Below, one piece after another: positions 50,978 to 64,000 of a stretch of DNA of 64,000 bases (position 1 is the stretch's first letter; every line of letters begins with the position of its first letter). Source of the stretch: Antedon mediterranea (taxonomy: Eukaryota; Animalia; Echinodermata). Made by a program: the position numbers and the translations under genes. The stretch lies in the NCBI RefSeq assembly GCF_964355755.1, contig NC_092670.1, forward strand, positions 10,526,795-10,590,794, read 5' to 3'. The notes under the pieces were generated by a model, which saw only the letters and a list, made by a program, of their open reading frames with translations, did no database searches and was not told where the DNA came from.

Positions 50978-51521
50978 TAAGTTAAATTCATACAAAAAGA
51001 ATTGATCAAAGTTTTGTTTTTTGCTGAAAGTGATTTTTTGACGTTAAAAAATTCAAAGTTGAATTTTGTAGTAGTTTATTTGCTCTTTAATGTTTAATAC
51101 TTTCACTTTACCTTGGAAAATACATTAGCTTTTATCTTGTGTTTCCTTATGTCACTAATTTCTTAGATCAAATCCAATATAATAAGATATATAATACTGT
51201 ATGTAGGCCTACATTCATTGTAATTTTTTAATTTTTAATCATTTCAAAACAAGATTCAATTTAAAAACTACAGCAAATATCCATTGAAAATACTCCTAAA
51301 ACTACTAGAATATAATTAATTAGAATATCATTAATTAAAATATAGAAAATACTGATTTATGATTAGATATCAATTTGATTTTATTATTTAAAAAGCAATA
51401 ATAATAATGTTACTATTATGTATGTATTAGCATAGTTTTAAATAATACAATTAATATTGTTTATATTGTAAAAGAAACAAAGAAGAATTTAAATTATTAA
51501 ATAATTACAGATTCTGATTTG

Positions 51522-51779
51522 CTATGGTGGTCTTATAACCATCATCACTGTTGTCTTAAAAGATCAAAATAGTGATCTCAGTTGATGCCATTGCAATGAG
51601 CTGTACCTGGTGTCAGACAAGCCCATTCAGGTATGAATCATGAACATTCTCTTATGGTGCTCTTTCAACCATCATCACTGTTGTCTTAAAAGATCAAAAT
51701 AGCTATCCCAGTTGATGCCATTGTAATCAGCTGTACCTAGTGTGAGGCAAAGCCCATTCAGGTCTGAATCATGAACATT
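51522..51779 (-). repeat. Two orphan FReD C-terminal pseudo-copies (relic paralog C); the gene itself is absent
   Basis: Units at 51522 and 51652, with the same 3' flank as genes A and B. Abuts a LINE tail at 51780. Confidence 0.88.
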
Positions 51780-52120
51780 GATTTGATTTGATTTGATTTA
51801 TTCAATATCGGCTCATTACAATTACAACAGAATACATAAAAAATATAATGAAACAAAAAGCCAGGATTGTCACAAGCGAACCCAATCACTGTTTAAAGAC
51901 TTTCCTTTAACATAAATAAAATATAATATAAATATAAAATAACTGACGAGAAAAAAAAAATTAATAAAAATCTAAGACATGTAAAAAAAAATACAGCAGG
52001 GACCAGGTAAAATCAAAAGAAATAGTGTTGGCGAAGACTAGTCTCGAATTCTCGAAACCTGCCAAGGAGAGTAAGCTCACTTAATTCAGAGGGAAGACCA
52101 TTCCAAAGTTTACAGAATCT
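51780..52120 (-). mobile_element. LINE 3' end with (caaat)n tail
   Basis: RFCKLWNGLPSEL motif, UTR and microsatellite tail. Confidence 0.6.
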
Positions 52121-52640
52121 AGGGGCCTGTTTCTGCTGCAACTGCTCAAAATACGGTATAAAAATACGGTATAAAATACGGTATTTTTTATACCGTATTT
52201 TTTATTACCCCGTTTCTGCTAACAATACTTCTTGGGTGGTCGTGTTAAATTTCATCTTTTTTACCCAAATTGCCATTAATTTATTTGATCGATAATTAAA
52301 AGTCGCAATAAAGGAAGTTTTACGTCTCACTTTCAACAGCCTAGCCCTTGTGATAGAGATGTTGTGAGAGTACAGAAAACATCGTAATGGGGACAATTAA
52401 TTCGTTCCCTCCCCGAGTTATTGTATTTTGCAATGTTGTACTGCTTTCGCAGGCTCTTCAGCTTTGAGTTTACTTGCTTTGGAGACAAGTCTATTCCATA
52501 CTCCTGCTTTATTTTTTTAGAAATGTCTTTATAAATGTGGTTGTCCCTTTTATTACCTTTTAGTTGGCCAGACATTTTAGCTTCCCCACACACATTTATT
52601 TAGTAAAACTGTGACGTCTTCGCTCCACATTTTCGCCGAA
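52120..52640 (-). pseudogene. Myb/SANT-like (trihelix) ORF remnant, probably PIF/Harbinger-derived
   Basis: W.E...LL..VWGE...KRDNHIYKDISKKI...SPKQVNSKLKSLRKQY...SGRERINCPHYD with a frameshift. Harbinger-like end aggggcctgtttctgctgc at 52120. Confidence 0.6.
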
Positions 52641-53419
52641 TATATCTATACACGTGTGTAAAGCAGCTGACAGCGACAGAAAATAAAAATATAAATATAT
52701 TATTCGTGACACTTGTGAATGCGGCATAGTTTGTTAATAGTTCAACCGTGGCGTACGGTCTAGTTTTTTTAATACTTTGTAATAATTTAGGTTATTGATA
52801 GATATAGACAGTATTAGTTTCAAGATTAATTTGATAATGAAAAAAATATTGAATTAGTGTATGAGAGGAATGACACTGACTACAAGCGATGATCGTAATA
52901 AGATGGTTATATCAAGATGTCATTAGGTAAAGTGTGACTGACTATCGACAGTCATCTAGATACAAAAGTCCTAGGTATAGGTGTAATAAGCATGGTGACG
53001 ATTAAATTATACATTCACATAATATACAGCATCTAATTTATCACATGTGGAGCCTGTATCATGTAAGGTTAAGTTAAAGGTTAGGTTACTACACTAAATA
53101 CACATGTGATCTATTACCAAATATTCCTATGATACTTTGGAAATAGATACAGTACCGAGAATCGGCTGGTATAGACCTACTAAGCCGAAAGAAAGTTTTC
53201 GTTAAATAACCATTTATGCTGTCTTTGATAAAAATAATATTTTTAAAATTCCAATAAATTTACGTCATGATAAATATAAAATCGTTGTATTATCGTCATT
53301 TGATTGGACGTGTGAAAATGATCATTTTCATAAAAGGAAGCATAGATGGTTATTCTATATTTCTGGAATAAAAATTGCTATTTATTTAATACTTTTTACA
53401 TGAATTTTTTTCCATTTAG

Positions 53420-53994
53420 TTTCATCGCTTTTATCGATTCCAATTTCCATATTTTCAACGGTTATGGATTTCAACGGAAGACATTACTGTGTTGAAGAGT
53501 TCCACGAACAAGGGTTGTTAGCGCACTACATTTACGTTGTGTTCAGTACCTACATAATCCCGCTCTCCGTCCTCGTTGTCTGCAACGTCAACATGTTGCG
53601 TCAACTGTGGAAGACGCGGGAACAGCTCCGAGACACAACATTAAGCCTGCACTCGATACAACAACGAAAGAAAGTTACCAAGATGATACTGCTGGTTGTT
53701 GTCTTTTTCTTTATTTGTTGGTTACCGATACACGTGATAAATCTGTGGCAAAGACTCGGTAATAGTATCAACAATAACTTGGCCATTTCAAAGCTCAGGA
53801 TTTTTGCTCTGACACTGGCGTACAGTAACTCGTGCGTAAACCCATTTGTGTACGCGTTCATGGGCGAGAATTTTCGCGCGTGTTTTAGAAGAGCATTCCC
53901 GATGTGTACAAAAGTGAACCGAGTGAGGAATAGTAGTATGTTATTAAACAACAATCGGACAAGAGAAACACAGGTACAAAAGGACACGGTTTAA
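53420..53994 (+). CDS. Terminal exon (end of TM4 to C-tail) of a rhodopsin-class neuropeptide GPCR, kisspeptin/galanin/allatostatin-A receptor-like
   Basis: tttag| phase-1 acceptor; ECL2 Cys; YIIPL (TM5); KKVTKM...FFICWLPIH (TM6); LAYSNSCVNPFVYAFMGENFR (TM7/helix 8). ORF is intact. Confidence 0.88.
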
Positions 53995-56045
53995 GCTATA
54001 AGATCTTAATACCTTTCCATTTCACGGAATGAAATACATCGTTTTAGAAGCAGGTTGAATACAAAAACAGCGACGTTTCCGTTCCAAATAGAATAAGCGT
54101 TGAATGCAGAGATTTATTATGTCCTTCCGTAACCTGAGTACGGTACCATACTGAATAACGACAAGTCGATTTTAATACTTTTTAATATATATATATATAT
54201 GTATATATTTAAAAAAATGGCAACTAATAATAATATCTTAAACTATCATCAATTTCTTTCTGACGAAGGAATAGTGTTTGCAGGCTCATAGGCCTAATTC
54301 TTGCTGATTCTTCATTTTCGCTTATTTTATTTTGCATTACCATTGCGATCCAATAGTGGCCGTATTATATTCACACAATTGAGATATTTCCCTAGTGTTT
54401 AATAAAATTATTATCACAATATCACTTTATAAAATTGTGTGTAACGTCTCTGTCTACGGGTGACATGTCAACCACAAAATCCCGTGATTACGTTTCTATA
54501 ATATATTTTTCCTGACAACTATTAAAATGAACAAAGTGCACCTTTTATAACATTCTGATGACTAGCTGTTTGCAGTAGGCTCTACTTTTGAATGAGCGCA
54601 CTTGAGTGGTGTTAAAGACTACAATACAGTATCTTTAACTTCAACATGTGCGTGCTCTAAGCGATCGCATTACACTGTTTGTGTCGGACAATTACTCCGC
54701 GAAAAATATGTACAGGCTGTACGCGCGCCCTCTCTGAGGAGGATACAGAAGGTATCAGGTCAAGTCAGGTAGGGCTGTTGGTCCCGGTCTGTCTGGGCCT
54801 ACTTATAGAGGATAATTATAATAAAAGCAAAATTACCTTATTCTTTTAGTTAGGTGGCCTTGCAATAACTCTAGGCTAGCATAGGCCTACTTTACTTAAG
54901 TAAGTTGTATATAGGCCTACACTATTCTAAGAGGGGAAGTAGGCCCTACGGTCGCGTCTGAAATCGGTCGCGTTTGAAATCGGTCGCGATAAAATCAACT
55001 TCCGGTATTTTGTATGGCGCGCCGCTAGAGCTATATTTAATTGATATTTTTTAGGAACTAGATTATTTATGTGGATATTTTTTACTTGGTTAATAAATAT
55101 TTATTATCAATCATTAAATTATTTTTTTTAAATATTTCACAGGTCTCGGAGAAGGACTGCGTCTTTTCAAAATGGCCATTTCTAAAACACGTTTAAATAT
55201 TATATTAGGCATAATGTTATATTAGGCATATAATAATTTACCTCTATTTATATGTACTGTAATTAATATATTATTATATAGAGAATATACGTCTGTCGTG
55301 TCTTTTATTATGCAATGCAGCAAACAATTACGTAAAAGAGAACAATTTATTTAAAAACAATAATTTTTACAATATAGCCCGTAAAGCCAGCGTATCCATT
55401 TTTATACTTATGCATACTGTGCCAGATTATATCATATCCATGTCGTACTATTCGATCACCTTATTTTATTTCTATTTTATTTCTATCCGTTATGTAGGAT
55501 AATATTAAGTGTATAATGATTATAGGTCTTTTGTTATTTAAACTTTGACCCTTGGCTTGTGTTATTTAATTAGTTGTTTTTTAAAAATTTTATTCATTGG
55601 ACTTGATAATGACTCCATGATGTAGTCGAAACATCGTTCTTTTTTTAAGCGTTATTTTTCTATTATGTATTTATATTGATTATTGTTGAGGCAAATCACG
55701 TGTATATTTTTATTTCTAATGTTTCAAATAGTTTTTAGTAAAATGATCATTATATGCGGATGGTTAAAAGGCGAGTTACTGAAATAAACCCCCGAATAAG
55801 CCATATTGTGGAGATGCGCCTTCTATGATCGTGCAGCTGTTTCCCCTAACAATACATTTTATTTGGCTGACGGGGTTTCCCCATTTTTAAAAAACATGCA
55901 CTTGTTAGTGTTAAATCATGGACAAAACACGTACGATCGTTGTCCATGGCGAGGTAAAGATGACGTCTATTACGAATAACCATACGTTTAAAACGTCTAT
56001 AGGCCTCCTGCATGTGTTTTTGTGAAACGATCCAATGAGCTATAG

Positions 56046-59000
56046 TAGTAGAGCAGTTAATGACATGAGCTGTGCATTTTATTACCAAAGCATGAAACTT
56101 GGCACAAAGTTTCTTTGATGTATATAGATTCAAAATATCAGGGGGTGCCAAGTGTCCAACGTCCGGTATGGCGGCCATCTTGATTTCAAAATGGCCACCA
56201 TAAAAACAAAAAATGTTCATATCTTGGCAACTATACACATTAGACACTTAATTCTGGTCTCAAATTGTTCACAAACTATATATTTCTATTTGCTCTAATG
56301 AAAAGTTTCGTCCAAAAATGACCGGAAATGACGTTTCTTACAGTTTGACCTTTGACCTCGTATTTGTATATCTCTGTAACTACTGGTCATTTTCAATCGA
56401 TTTTGGTGTCATTTTGTTCAGAATAAATATATTTATATTTGTAATAATGAAACATTTTCACATAAAATGACCGGAAATACAACTTATGACCTTTGACATT
56501 AATTTATTGATTTTTAATTATGTGAATATACTGTATGTGGTTTTTGTTGGTCTAAAGTGGACCTAATTTTGAACTTTGACCTGATAGGCGTAATTATATT
56601 AAATGATTAATGGACTTAAATTGAATATAGTACATAAAATTGGTAAATATTGTGCTTGGTGGTACCATTAGTTCAATGATGTTGGCACCTTCTGATTCGC
56701 TAAAAGTTTTAATAGTTTGACAGAGGAAATAACATACATGTTATTGAATACCGTAAAACCTCGAAAAGGTGATAGTATGAGCTTCTTTTCGAGACAGACT
56801 GTATTTGAATGTCAAATGAATAGTATGATGATCGTGTTTATATCAATGTATTATTAATGACCTTACAAAGAACCCTTTCTATTTCAACAATTAAGCCACA
56901 GTTATTCTACAATTTATTGTTTTCCAAGTGGTAGGCCTATTTTGATTGCATGTTATTTTTGTATGCTTCCTCGGTTAATATGGTCCTAACCCTCCTTCTT
57001 TGTCTGTAGATGGTCTTATATCCCATTCTTTATCTGTGGATGGTCTTGTACCCTCTTCTGTGTCTGTTGATGGTATTATTACACCCCTTTCTTTGTGTGT
57101 GGATGGTCTTACACCCATTTTTTGTCTGTAGATGGTCTTAAACCCCTCCCCTCCTTTGTCTGTGGATGGTCCTACACCCCCTTCTTTGTCTGTGGATGGT
57201 CCTACACCCCCTTCTTTTTCTGTGGATGGTCCTACACCTCTTTCTTTGTCTGTGGGTAGTCTTATGCACCCTTCTTTGTCTGTGGAGGGTCTTACACCCC
57301 TTTCTTTGTCCGTGGACGGTCTTATACCCCTTTCTTTGTCTGTGGATGGTCTTATACCCCCTTCTGTGTCTGTTGATGGTATTACACCCCTTTCTTTGTC
57401 TGTTGATGGTATTAAACCCCTGTCTTTGTCTGTAGATGGTCTTATAATCCCTTCTTTGTATGTGGATGGTCTTACACCCCTTCTTTGTCTGTGGGTGGTC
57501 TTACATCCCTTTCTTTGTCTGTGGATGGTCCTATACCCCTTTCTTTGTCAGTGGTTGATGGTCTTACACCCCCTTCTTTGTCTGTGGGTGGTCTTACACC
57601 TCCTTCTTTGTCTGTGGACGGTCCTACACCCCCTTCTTTGTCTGTGGATGGTCTTACACCCCTTTCTTTTTCTGTGGATGATCTTATACCCCCTTCTGTG
57701 GATGATCTTATACCTCCTTCTTTGTCTGTTGATGGTATTACCTCTCCTTCTTTGTCTGTGGATGGTCCTACACCCCCTTCTTTGTCTGTGAATGGTCCTA
57801 CACCTCTTCTTTGTCTGTGGATGGTCTTATACCCTCTTCTTTGTCTGTAAGTGGTCCTATACCTCTTTCTTTGTCAGTGGATGGTCTTGCACCCCCTTCT
57901 TTGTCTGTGGACGGTCCTACGCCCCCTTCTTTGTCTGTGGATGGTCCTATACCCCTTTTTTGTCAGTGGATGGTCTTATACCCCCTTCTTTGTCTGTGGA
58001 CGGTCCTACACCCCTTCTTTGTCTGTAGATGGCCTTACACCCCTTTCTTTGTCTGTGGATGGTCTTATACCTCCTTCTTTGTGTGTGGATGGTCTTACAC
58101 CCCCTTCTTTGTCTGTGGATGGTCTTACACTCCCTTCTTTGTCTGTGGATGGTCTTATACCCTCTTCTTTGTATGTGGATGGTCTTATACCCTCTTCTTT
58201 GTATGTCGATGGTCTTACAACCCCTTCTTTGTCTGTGGATGGTCTTACACTCCCTTCTTTGTCTGTGGATGGTCTTATACCCTCTTCTTTGTCTGTGGAT
58301 GGTCTTATACCCTCTTCTTTGTCTGTGGATGGTCTTATACCCTCTTCTTTGTCTGTGGATGGTCTTACATCCCCTTCTTTGTCTGTGGATGGTCTTACAT
58401 CCCCTTCTTTGTCTGTGGATGGTCTTACATCCCCTTCTTTGTCTGTGGATGGTCTTACAACCCCTTCTTTGTCTGATGGTCTTACACCCCCTTCTTTGTC
58501 TGGACCCACTACTTTGATTGATTAAATTAGACATTGTTTCTTGTATGATTAGGAAACCAAGACCTTTAAAGTGAAAGTCCACAGGTGGATGCCTAAACAG
58601 GTCTTGTACAGAACAGTATATTGTAGGTCCATGTCACTAATTTGAGGATTACTTTAATAATTATATTGAGATGTCTTTTACGAATTGATTTAGTTCGGAT
58701 TTTGCTAAAAAATCAATGACTAGAGAAAATCGAGGAAAAGAATTTAGATGAAAGGTTTACAGCAAAGGTCCATTACCATAAAAACGGAATACATTTTTTT
58801 AGATGCAACGAAGAAACGATTGACACATCACAGTTTAGCAAACAAGTCGGCATAGATGAGCTCAGTGATCTGTCATACTTTATGCCTATCCTATCACATC
58901 AAAAGTTAAAAATTCAGAATAATAATTCTGTGTCATTTATTTCGGTAAAAAAATTAGGTGCATTTATACCAATTAAATCACATACAGTATGTTCACATAA

Positions 59001-59470
59001 TTATATATGTCAAAGGTTATAAATTGTATTTCCAGTCATTTTATGTGAACATGTTTCATTACTACAAATATAAATGTCTCTATTTTGAACAAAATGACAC
59101 CAAAATCGATTGAAAATAATCAGTAGTTACCGAGATATACAGATAAGAGGTCAAAGGTCAAACTGGAAGAAACGTTATTTCCGGTCATTTTTGGGCGAAA
59201 CTTTTCATTAGAGCAAATAGAAATATGTGGTTTGTGAACAATTTAACACCAGAATCAAGTCTCTACTGTTTATAGATGCCAAGATATGAACACTTTTTGT
59301 TTTTATGGTGGCCATTTTGAAATCAAGATGGCCGCCATACCGGACGTTGGACACTTGGCACCCCCCGATATTTTGAATCTATATACATCAAAGAAACTTT
59401 GTGGAAAGTTTCATGCTTTGGTAATAAAGTGCACAACTTGGCTATTTTTATGGCGTTAACTGCTCTACTA
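56046..59470. mobile_element. Academ-like non-autonomous element with ~480-bp TIRs carrying a minisatellite
   Basis: tagtagagcagttaa...ttaactgctctacta; 3-bp TSD tag (56043-56045, 59471-59473); atggcggccat motifs in the arms. Confidence 0.82.
56980..58505. repeat. 30-bp minisatellite, about 50 units (ccccttctttgtctgtggatggtcttacac)
   Basis: Directly visible; generates all the overlapping repetitive ORFs at 57132-58582. Confidence 0.95.
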
Positions 59471-60302
59471 TAGATGCTCGACGCGATTATGAGATCATGT
59501 TCATTCATTCATTCATTCTTTATTTAGCCTCTAAAATCGAAATATTAAAACGTAGGTAACAAAATCAAGACACGTGGAAATCTAAGGAGGCAAGGATAAG
59601 CAAAAGCAATTAAAATCGCTGTAGCTCACAGGCTTGCTTATCCATAATAATTCCGAATAATACACTGTTTCTATAATTTGACAGTATGATTTATATATAA
59701 TTTACGTATATACGTCGGCGATAGGCCTACTATAGATTTTAATTTGAATATCTTTTATTTCTTCATTTATAATAATCATCCGGCTCGATCCATACAAAAT
59801 AGCGCGACCGATTTCAAACGCGACTGATTTCAAAAGGCACTCTTTTTCGGGCCTCCGTCCCTCGTAACCTAAATTAAAACAGCATTACATTGTGAGACTC
59901 GGGCACTACCCATTATTGACCATTCAGCCATCTAACCGGATTACAATGCATTGATATAAAACATTAGTACAATAGCCATAGAGGGCGCTATATAGGATCT
60001 ACAGTACGACTAGGTGTAGAGAGGCAGACAGTTCGTATTTAGTAAAGGCCTACTTTATACCAGGGAGTTGTAACTCCCTGTCTATACTAGAGTGGTATAG
60101 GCTATCACAAGTTTATTAATATTTGTTATATGTTTTTAATCAGATTATTTTTTTATTTCTCTCATTTTTTTACAGCATAGTCAATGCATGGAGTAAAGGT
60201 CAATGGTTACACCATGCTATACATGACATCAAAATACATCTTTATTATAATTAATTGAGGATCTTTTGTTAGTTGACGTATTATGACACGAAAGTTGTAA
60301 AG

Positions 60303-60487
60303 ATGTCAAGGGTATTGTTGATTGAGGCGTTCTATGCTGGCTCCCACTCTCAGTTGATCGACACTCTTGAGAAAGGCCTAGAAGGATGCGCTGTCAAATA
60401 CACTTTGCCAGGGAAGAAGTGGCATTGGAGAGCACGGACATCAGCTCTATATTTTTCCGAAGTAATTTCACCTAGCCAAGAATACAG
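60303..60487 (+). CDS. GTDC1: Glycosyltransferase-like domain-containing protein 1 (tRNA-queuosine alpha-mannosyltransferase), coding exon 1
   Basis: [18 protein letters not shown]...[18 protein letters not shown], phase-2 donor ag|gttaag. Confidence 0.9.
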
Positions 60488-61279
60488 GTTAAGAGTTGTG
60501 CATTATATTTTGACAGCAAAGGTCATAATCTTTATTTTTTTATCAATACCCTTTCTGTTGTAATAACAGAGGTGCCAACTTCAAAAAGTAAAAATCGAGG
60601 AAACAATTTTGAAGATACCCAAACAATAAAGGTTACCATAAAAGTTGGAAAATATTCATCGGAATATAATAGAGGGCGCTATTAAAAACAATCATCAGCA
60701 TTTGCATAATTAAAATATTTATTAAAATAGTATTGTATTTACCCTATATGCTATATGTAAAAGTACACCAGATATTCGCCTACCTGGGAAATTCTTTCCC
60801 ACTTGGGGCAAATCCAATGTATATATATATATCCCGTATCAATAATATAGTACTTGCTTATAATAGCCGTCTATATTGTCACCATGGCAAAACTGCCCTG
60901 ATTTCAGGTTTCTCCCAACCATCTGCGCATGCCCCAGACGTCCATATGTCATGCATACTAAATCAAGGCGCCCGTAGATGGTTGGTATGTTCAGGTCATT
61001 CATTCATTGGCCAGCCCCCTGGGGTCGATACTACAATATTAAACAATGGATATGCCAGAGGTTACCGGACTCTGCAAACTGGGAAGATTTGTTACTAAAA
61101 TCCAGTTTTACCTATATTTAACAAACAAGCTACTAGTAGAGTAGTAGTAACCTAAATATTAAATCATTCATTTAGATGTTTTTTCCATGTAATAATAATA
61201 ATCTGGAGAAATTGTCCTTATTAGCAGGAAGTAAGAGATGACTCAAAATATCGGGGAACTGTAATAAACAATATTATTA

Positions 61280-62595
61280 TACAGATTATTACTTGACGAA
61301 GGTGTCCCACGCATTGATATTGTTGCACTGGACTATAGTCGTGCATTTGATTCCATTTCGCACTCTACAATGATTTCCAAACTGAAAAGAACCTATGGAA
61401 TTGGTGGTTCCATGTTGCCTTGGTTGGAATCATTTTTAACTGAACGTAAGCAACAAGTTGTTTTTAACGGAAAGATGTCCGGCAAGAGTTGCGTAATATC
61501 AGGGGTTCCTCAGGGGTCTGTGCTTGGACCCCTGTTATTTAACATATATGTTAATGATCTACATATGCACCTACGTGCAAAACCATATCAATATACAGAG
61601 ACGACACTTGCATTGCTAAATGTATAATGACGGAGGAAGATAGTTTATCTCTGCAACAGGACATTGACACGATCTCCTGGTGGTCAGCACTTAATTCACT
61701 TTCCATTAACCCTAATAAATGTCAAGTGCTGTCATTGTCCAGAAAACGAGATCCCGTTGTTCCATCTTGCATTCTAAATGGACATGAACTCATGAACGTT
61801 AATGACATTACGTTACTTGGTGTGGTAATATCCCATAATTTGTCATGGGCACATCAGGTAGATAATGTAACTTTGAAATGCAATAGGATGTTAGGTTTTA
61901 TACGATCAATTGCCACAGGTTGTTCTACATCTGTTTTACTTAAACTTTATAAATGTCTTGTTCTTCCCCATATTCAATATTGCTCCCCTGTTTGGTATCC
62001 TTATCGTCAATGTCATATTAATAAGATAGAGAAAATTCAAAGAAGGGCAAGTCGATTTATCCTTCATCAACGAATCTTAGATCAGCCATATTCTGACCGA
62101 TTAACTAGACTGAATTTGATGACAGCTGAATCAAATCGAGATTATTTTACCGTTATTTTTGTTACAAATATATTGTATAAATTACAGAATAGTTTTATTT
62201 TAAATATGTTGACTATCAATTGTAGGCATTTGGATGTTCTAACTTTTAAACATCTTGCATCCAAAACTGATAGGAAAGCATTGTATCCCAATCAGATTTA
62301 TTCGTTTGTGGAATTCACTACCGGTCAATATTAAAGACGCCTTTGTATGCGGAAGTTGGGTACAATTTAAAAACATGTTAATGGACCACTTTAAAAACAC
62401 TATGCCTCTTTAATGTATATAATTATGGTATTAATATTACATATTTACATTGTTTTATGTTTTAATGTATGCTTTGAGTGCTGGTGTGGCACGCCTTATG
62501 GCGACAGTGGTCCTTTGACCTCTTTTGCCACTCCTTGGCACACTCAAAGTTTATGTATTGTTTTAATGTTGCTAAAATTGATAAAATAAAATTAT
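61280..62595 (+). mobile_element. 5'-truncated CR1/L2-group LINE in GTDC1 intron 1, frameshifted
   Basis: LDYSRAFD, SGVPQGSVLGPLLFNIYVNDL, INPNKC, LGV...LSW, YCSPVW, IQRRA; 3' UTR ending in aaataaaa. Confidence 0.88.
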
Positions 62596-62620
62596 TAACT
62601 GTTCACTTTTCTTCCCTTAG

Positions 62621-62788
62621 AATTTTGTTTACCAGTTCAGTATTAAATTTAGCAGAGTTGGTAGCACTGCGACCTGATTTGTCTCGGCTGACCAAGATTG
62701 TTTACTTCCATGAAAACCAGCTGGTTTACCCTGTCCGAAAACAAAAAGACAGAGATTTTCAATATGGATATAATCAAATAATAACATG
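62621..62788 (+). CDS. GTDC1: GTDC1 coding exon 2
   Basis: ttag|ILFTSSVLNLAELVALRPDL...YFHENQLVYPVRK...RDFQYGYNQIIT tg|gtac; phase 2 to 2. Confidence 0.92.
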
Positions 62789-63410
62789 GTACTGTATATT
62801 TATTGTTAGTTTTTAAATTTATAATAGGGAATTGAGAAGGACAGCAGGGGTGGATCCACGATTTTGAAATATAGGGGTGGGGAGAGGGAGGCTCAGACAC
62901 AAGCATTTGAGCGTTCGGTAAATACGACCCCTAGATAGTCAGAAATGGTACTCGCACACAAAATTTATGATAAAATGGCACCTCCCACTAATCTAGTTGG
63001 CCCGGGAAGGACGTTTGTATCATGCGCAGAAAACAGCAAAACGATCATACTTTTTCTGGCTGGTAAACACAGTGACGTAACATTTTTTGCATATGTTGCG
63101 CATGTTCTGTGTGTAGGTAACTGCTGATTGTTTGATCGTACTTTACACAGTGTTGTGTTTTAATGGTAATTTTAAAGTTGTCATCCTGAATACTTACATA
63201 CTATTCCCCTTGATTTTCAGAAAAATCAATATATTGTTGACGTCCCAAATGCTTATTTTAATCTGCAGTTATCTTTATCTCTCTTTATTTTGAAAAGTAT
63301 TTTGCTCAGTCCATAATTTATTCTTCTATCTATGCCCAGATGAGGTCAATATTTATATGCAAAGGAAAACTTTAAAATTTATTTAATGTTAATTTGCATT
63401 TTTCTTTTAG

Positions 63411-63776
63411 TTTAACTGCTGACATTGTTTTATTCAACTCAAAATACAACATGGAATCTTTCTTGTCATCAATTGGGACATTTTTAAAACTTATGCCTGA
63501 CTTCCGTCCTAAAGGCCTCGCTGAAAAGATACGACCAAAATCAAAAGTGTTGTATTTTCCAATAGAATTTCCAATAATGAATGATCCAATAGCAGATGTT
63601 ATGGAAGGACTGACGTTAGCGGAACAGGCCAGTTCATTACATGAAAGTCAGGAGGTGTTTGAAAAATCCAAAGACAGGGCTATTAAATCAGGTGTCACCG
63701 GAGAACAGACAGTTAGCTGCAGTTCAGTTTTATCACAATTGTCATCCCCATTAAAAATAGTATGGGCTCATAGATG
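63411..63776 (+). CDS. GTDC1: GTDC1 coding exon 3; gene continues beyond the window
   Basis: ttag|[18 protein letters not shown]...PDFRPK...VLYFPI...LKIVWAHR tg|gtac. Confidence 0.9.
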
Positions 63777-63835
63777 GTACAGTCCTAGTGCATGTTTTGA
63801 CTGCATCACTTATTTAGACTGCTATAATCATTTGA

Positions 63836-64000
63836 GTGCTATGCTTATTTAGTCTGCTATACTTATTGACACTGCTATACTTATTTACAGTGCTGTACTT
63901 ATTTGACTGCTATACTTATTTGACTGCTATACTTATTTGACTGCTATACTTATTTACACTGCTGTACTTATTTACACTGCTATACTTATTTACACTGCTA
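63836..64000. repeat. ~17-bp minisatellite (tgctatacttatttgac)
   Basis: Tandem units running to the window end. Confidence 0.85.

Larger units (their letters stand above)
46377..51779. repeat. Rearranged segmental duplicate of 32990-39760
   Basis: Same blocks in partly shuffled order, with private insertions (LINE 3' end, Helitron) and deletions. Confidence 0.88.
54949..59840. mobile_element. Unclassified TIR element hosting the Academ-like insertion
   Basis: (tgaaatcggtcgcg)n...tattttgtatgg at 54949-55017 is mirrored at 59789-59834. Termini and TSD not resolved. Confidence 0.5.

Noticed and set aside
57132-58582. Multiple long repetitive ORFs on both strands
   Set aside because: By-product of a 30-bp repeat inside a transposon; frames shift at indels and there is no gene structure.
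60568-61260. hAT-like MITE end (cagaggtgccaac) and ORF 60733-61098 in the GTDC1 intron
   Set aside because: No partner TIR or 8-bp TSD found; the ORF has no recognisable motif.

Overview
AT-rich, intron-containing animal genomic DNA, probably an invertebrate deuterostome such as an echinoderm (inference). No prokaryotic features and no CRISPR. The minus strand carries a tandem cluster of fibrinogen-related-domain (FReD) genes. Gene A (7123-32481) is probably a secreted PAN/apple + FReD protein, although one splice junction is unresolved. Gene B (40010-43715) is frameshifted, and paralog relics lie at 29-4336 and 51522-51779. Gene A, gene B and the 51.5-kb relic each carry 1-3 tandem ~130-bp pseudo-copies of the C-terminal ligand-binding segment at their 3' end. 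The 17.6-kb last intron of gene A holds a deep transposon nest: Rex1-type LINE > Gmr1-like Gypsy (integrase before RT, near-identical LTRs) > Mutator/foldback element > Academ-like element > L1/Tx1 fragment. Many other mobile elements have readable termini and target-site duplications (TSDs): Academ-like, Mutator MITEs, Helitrons, a Helentron-type element, an IS3EU-like hairpin, a Kolobok-like MITE and a 5S-derived SINE. The plus strand carries the terminal exon of a kisspeptin/galanin/allatostatin-A-type GPCR and the first three coding exons of GTDC1 (QTMAN). All calls were made by eye from the sequence; no database searches were run.
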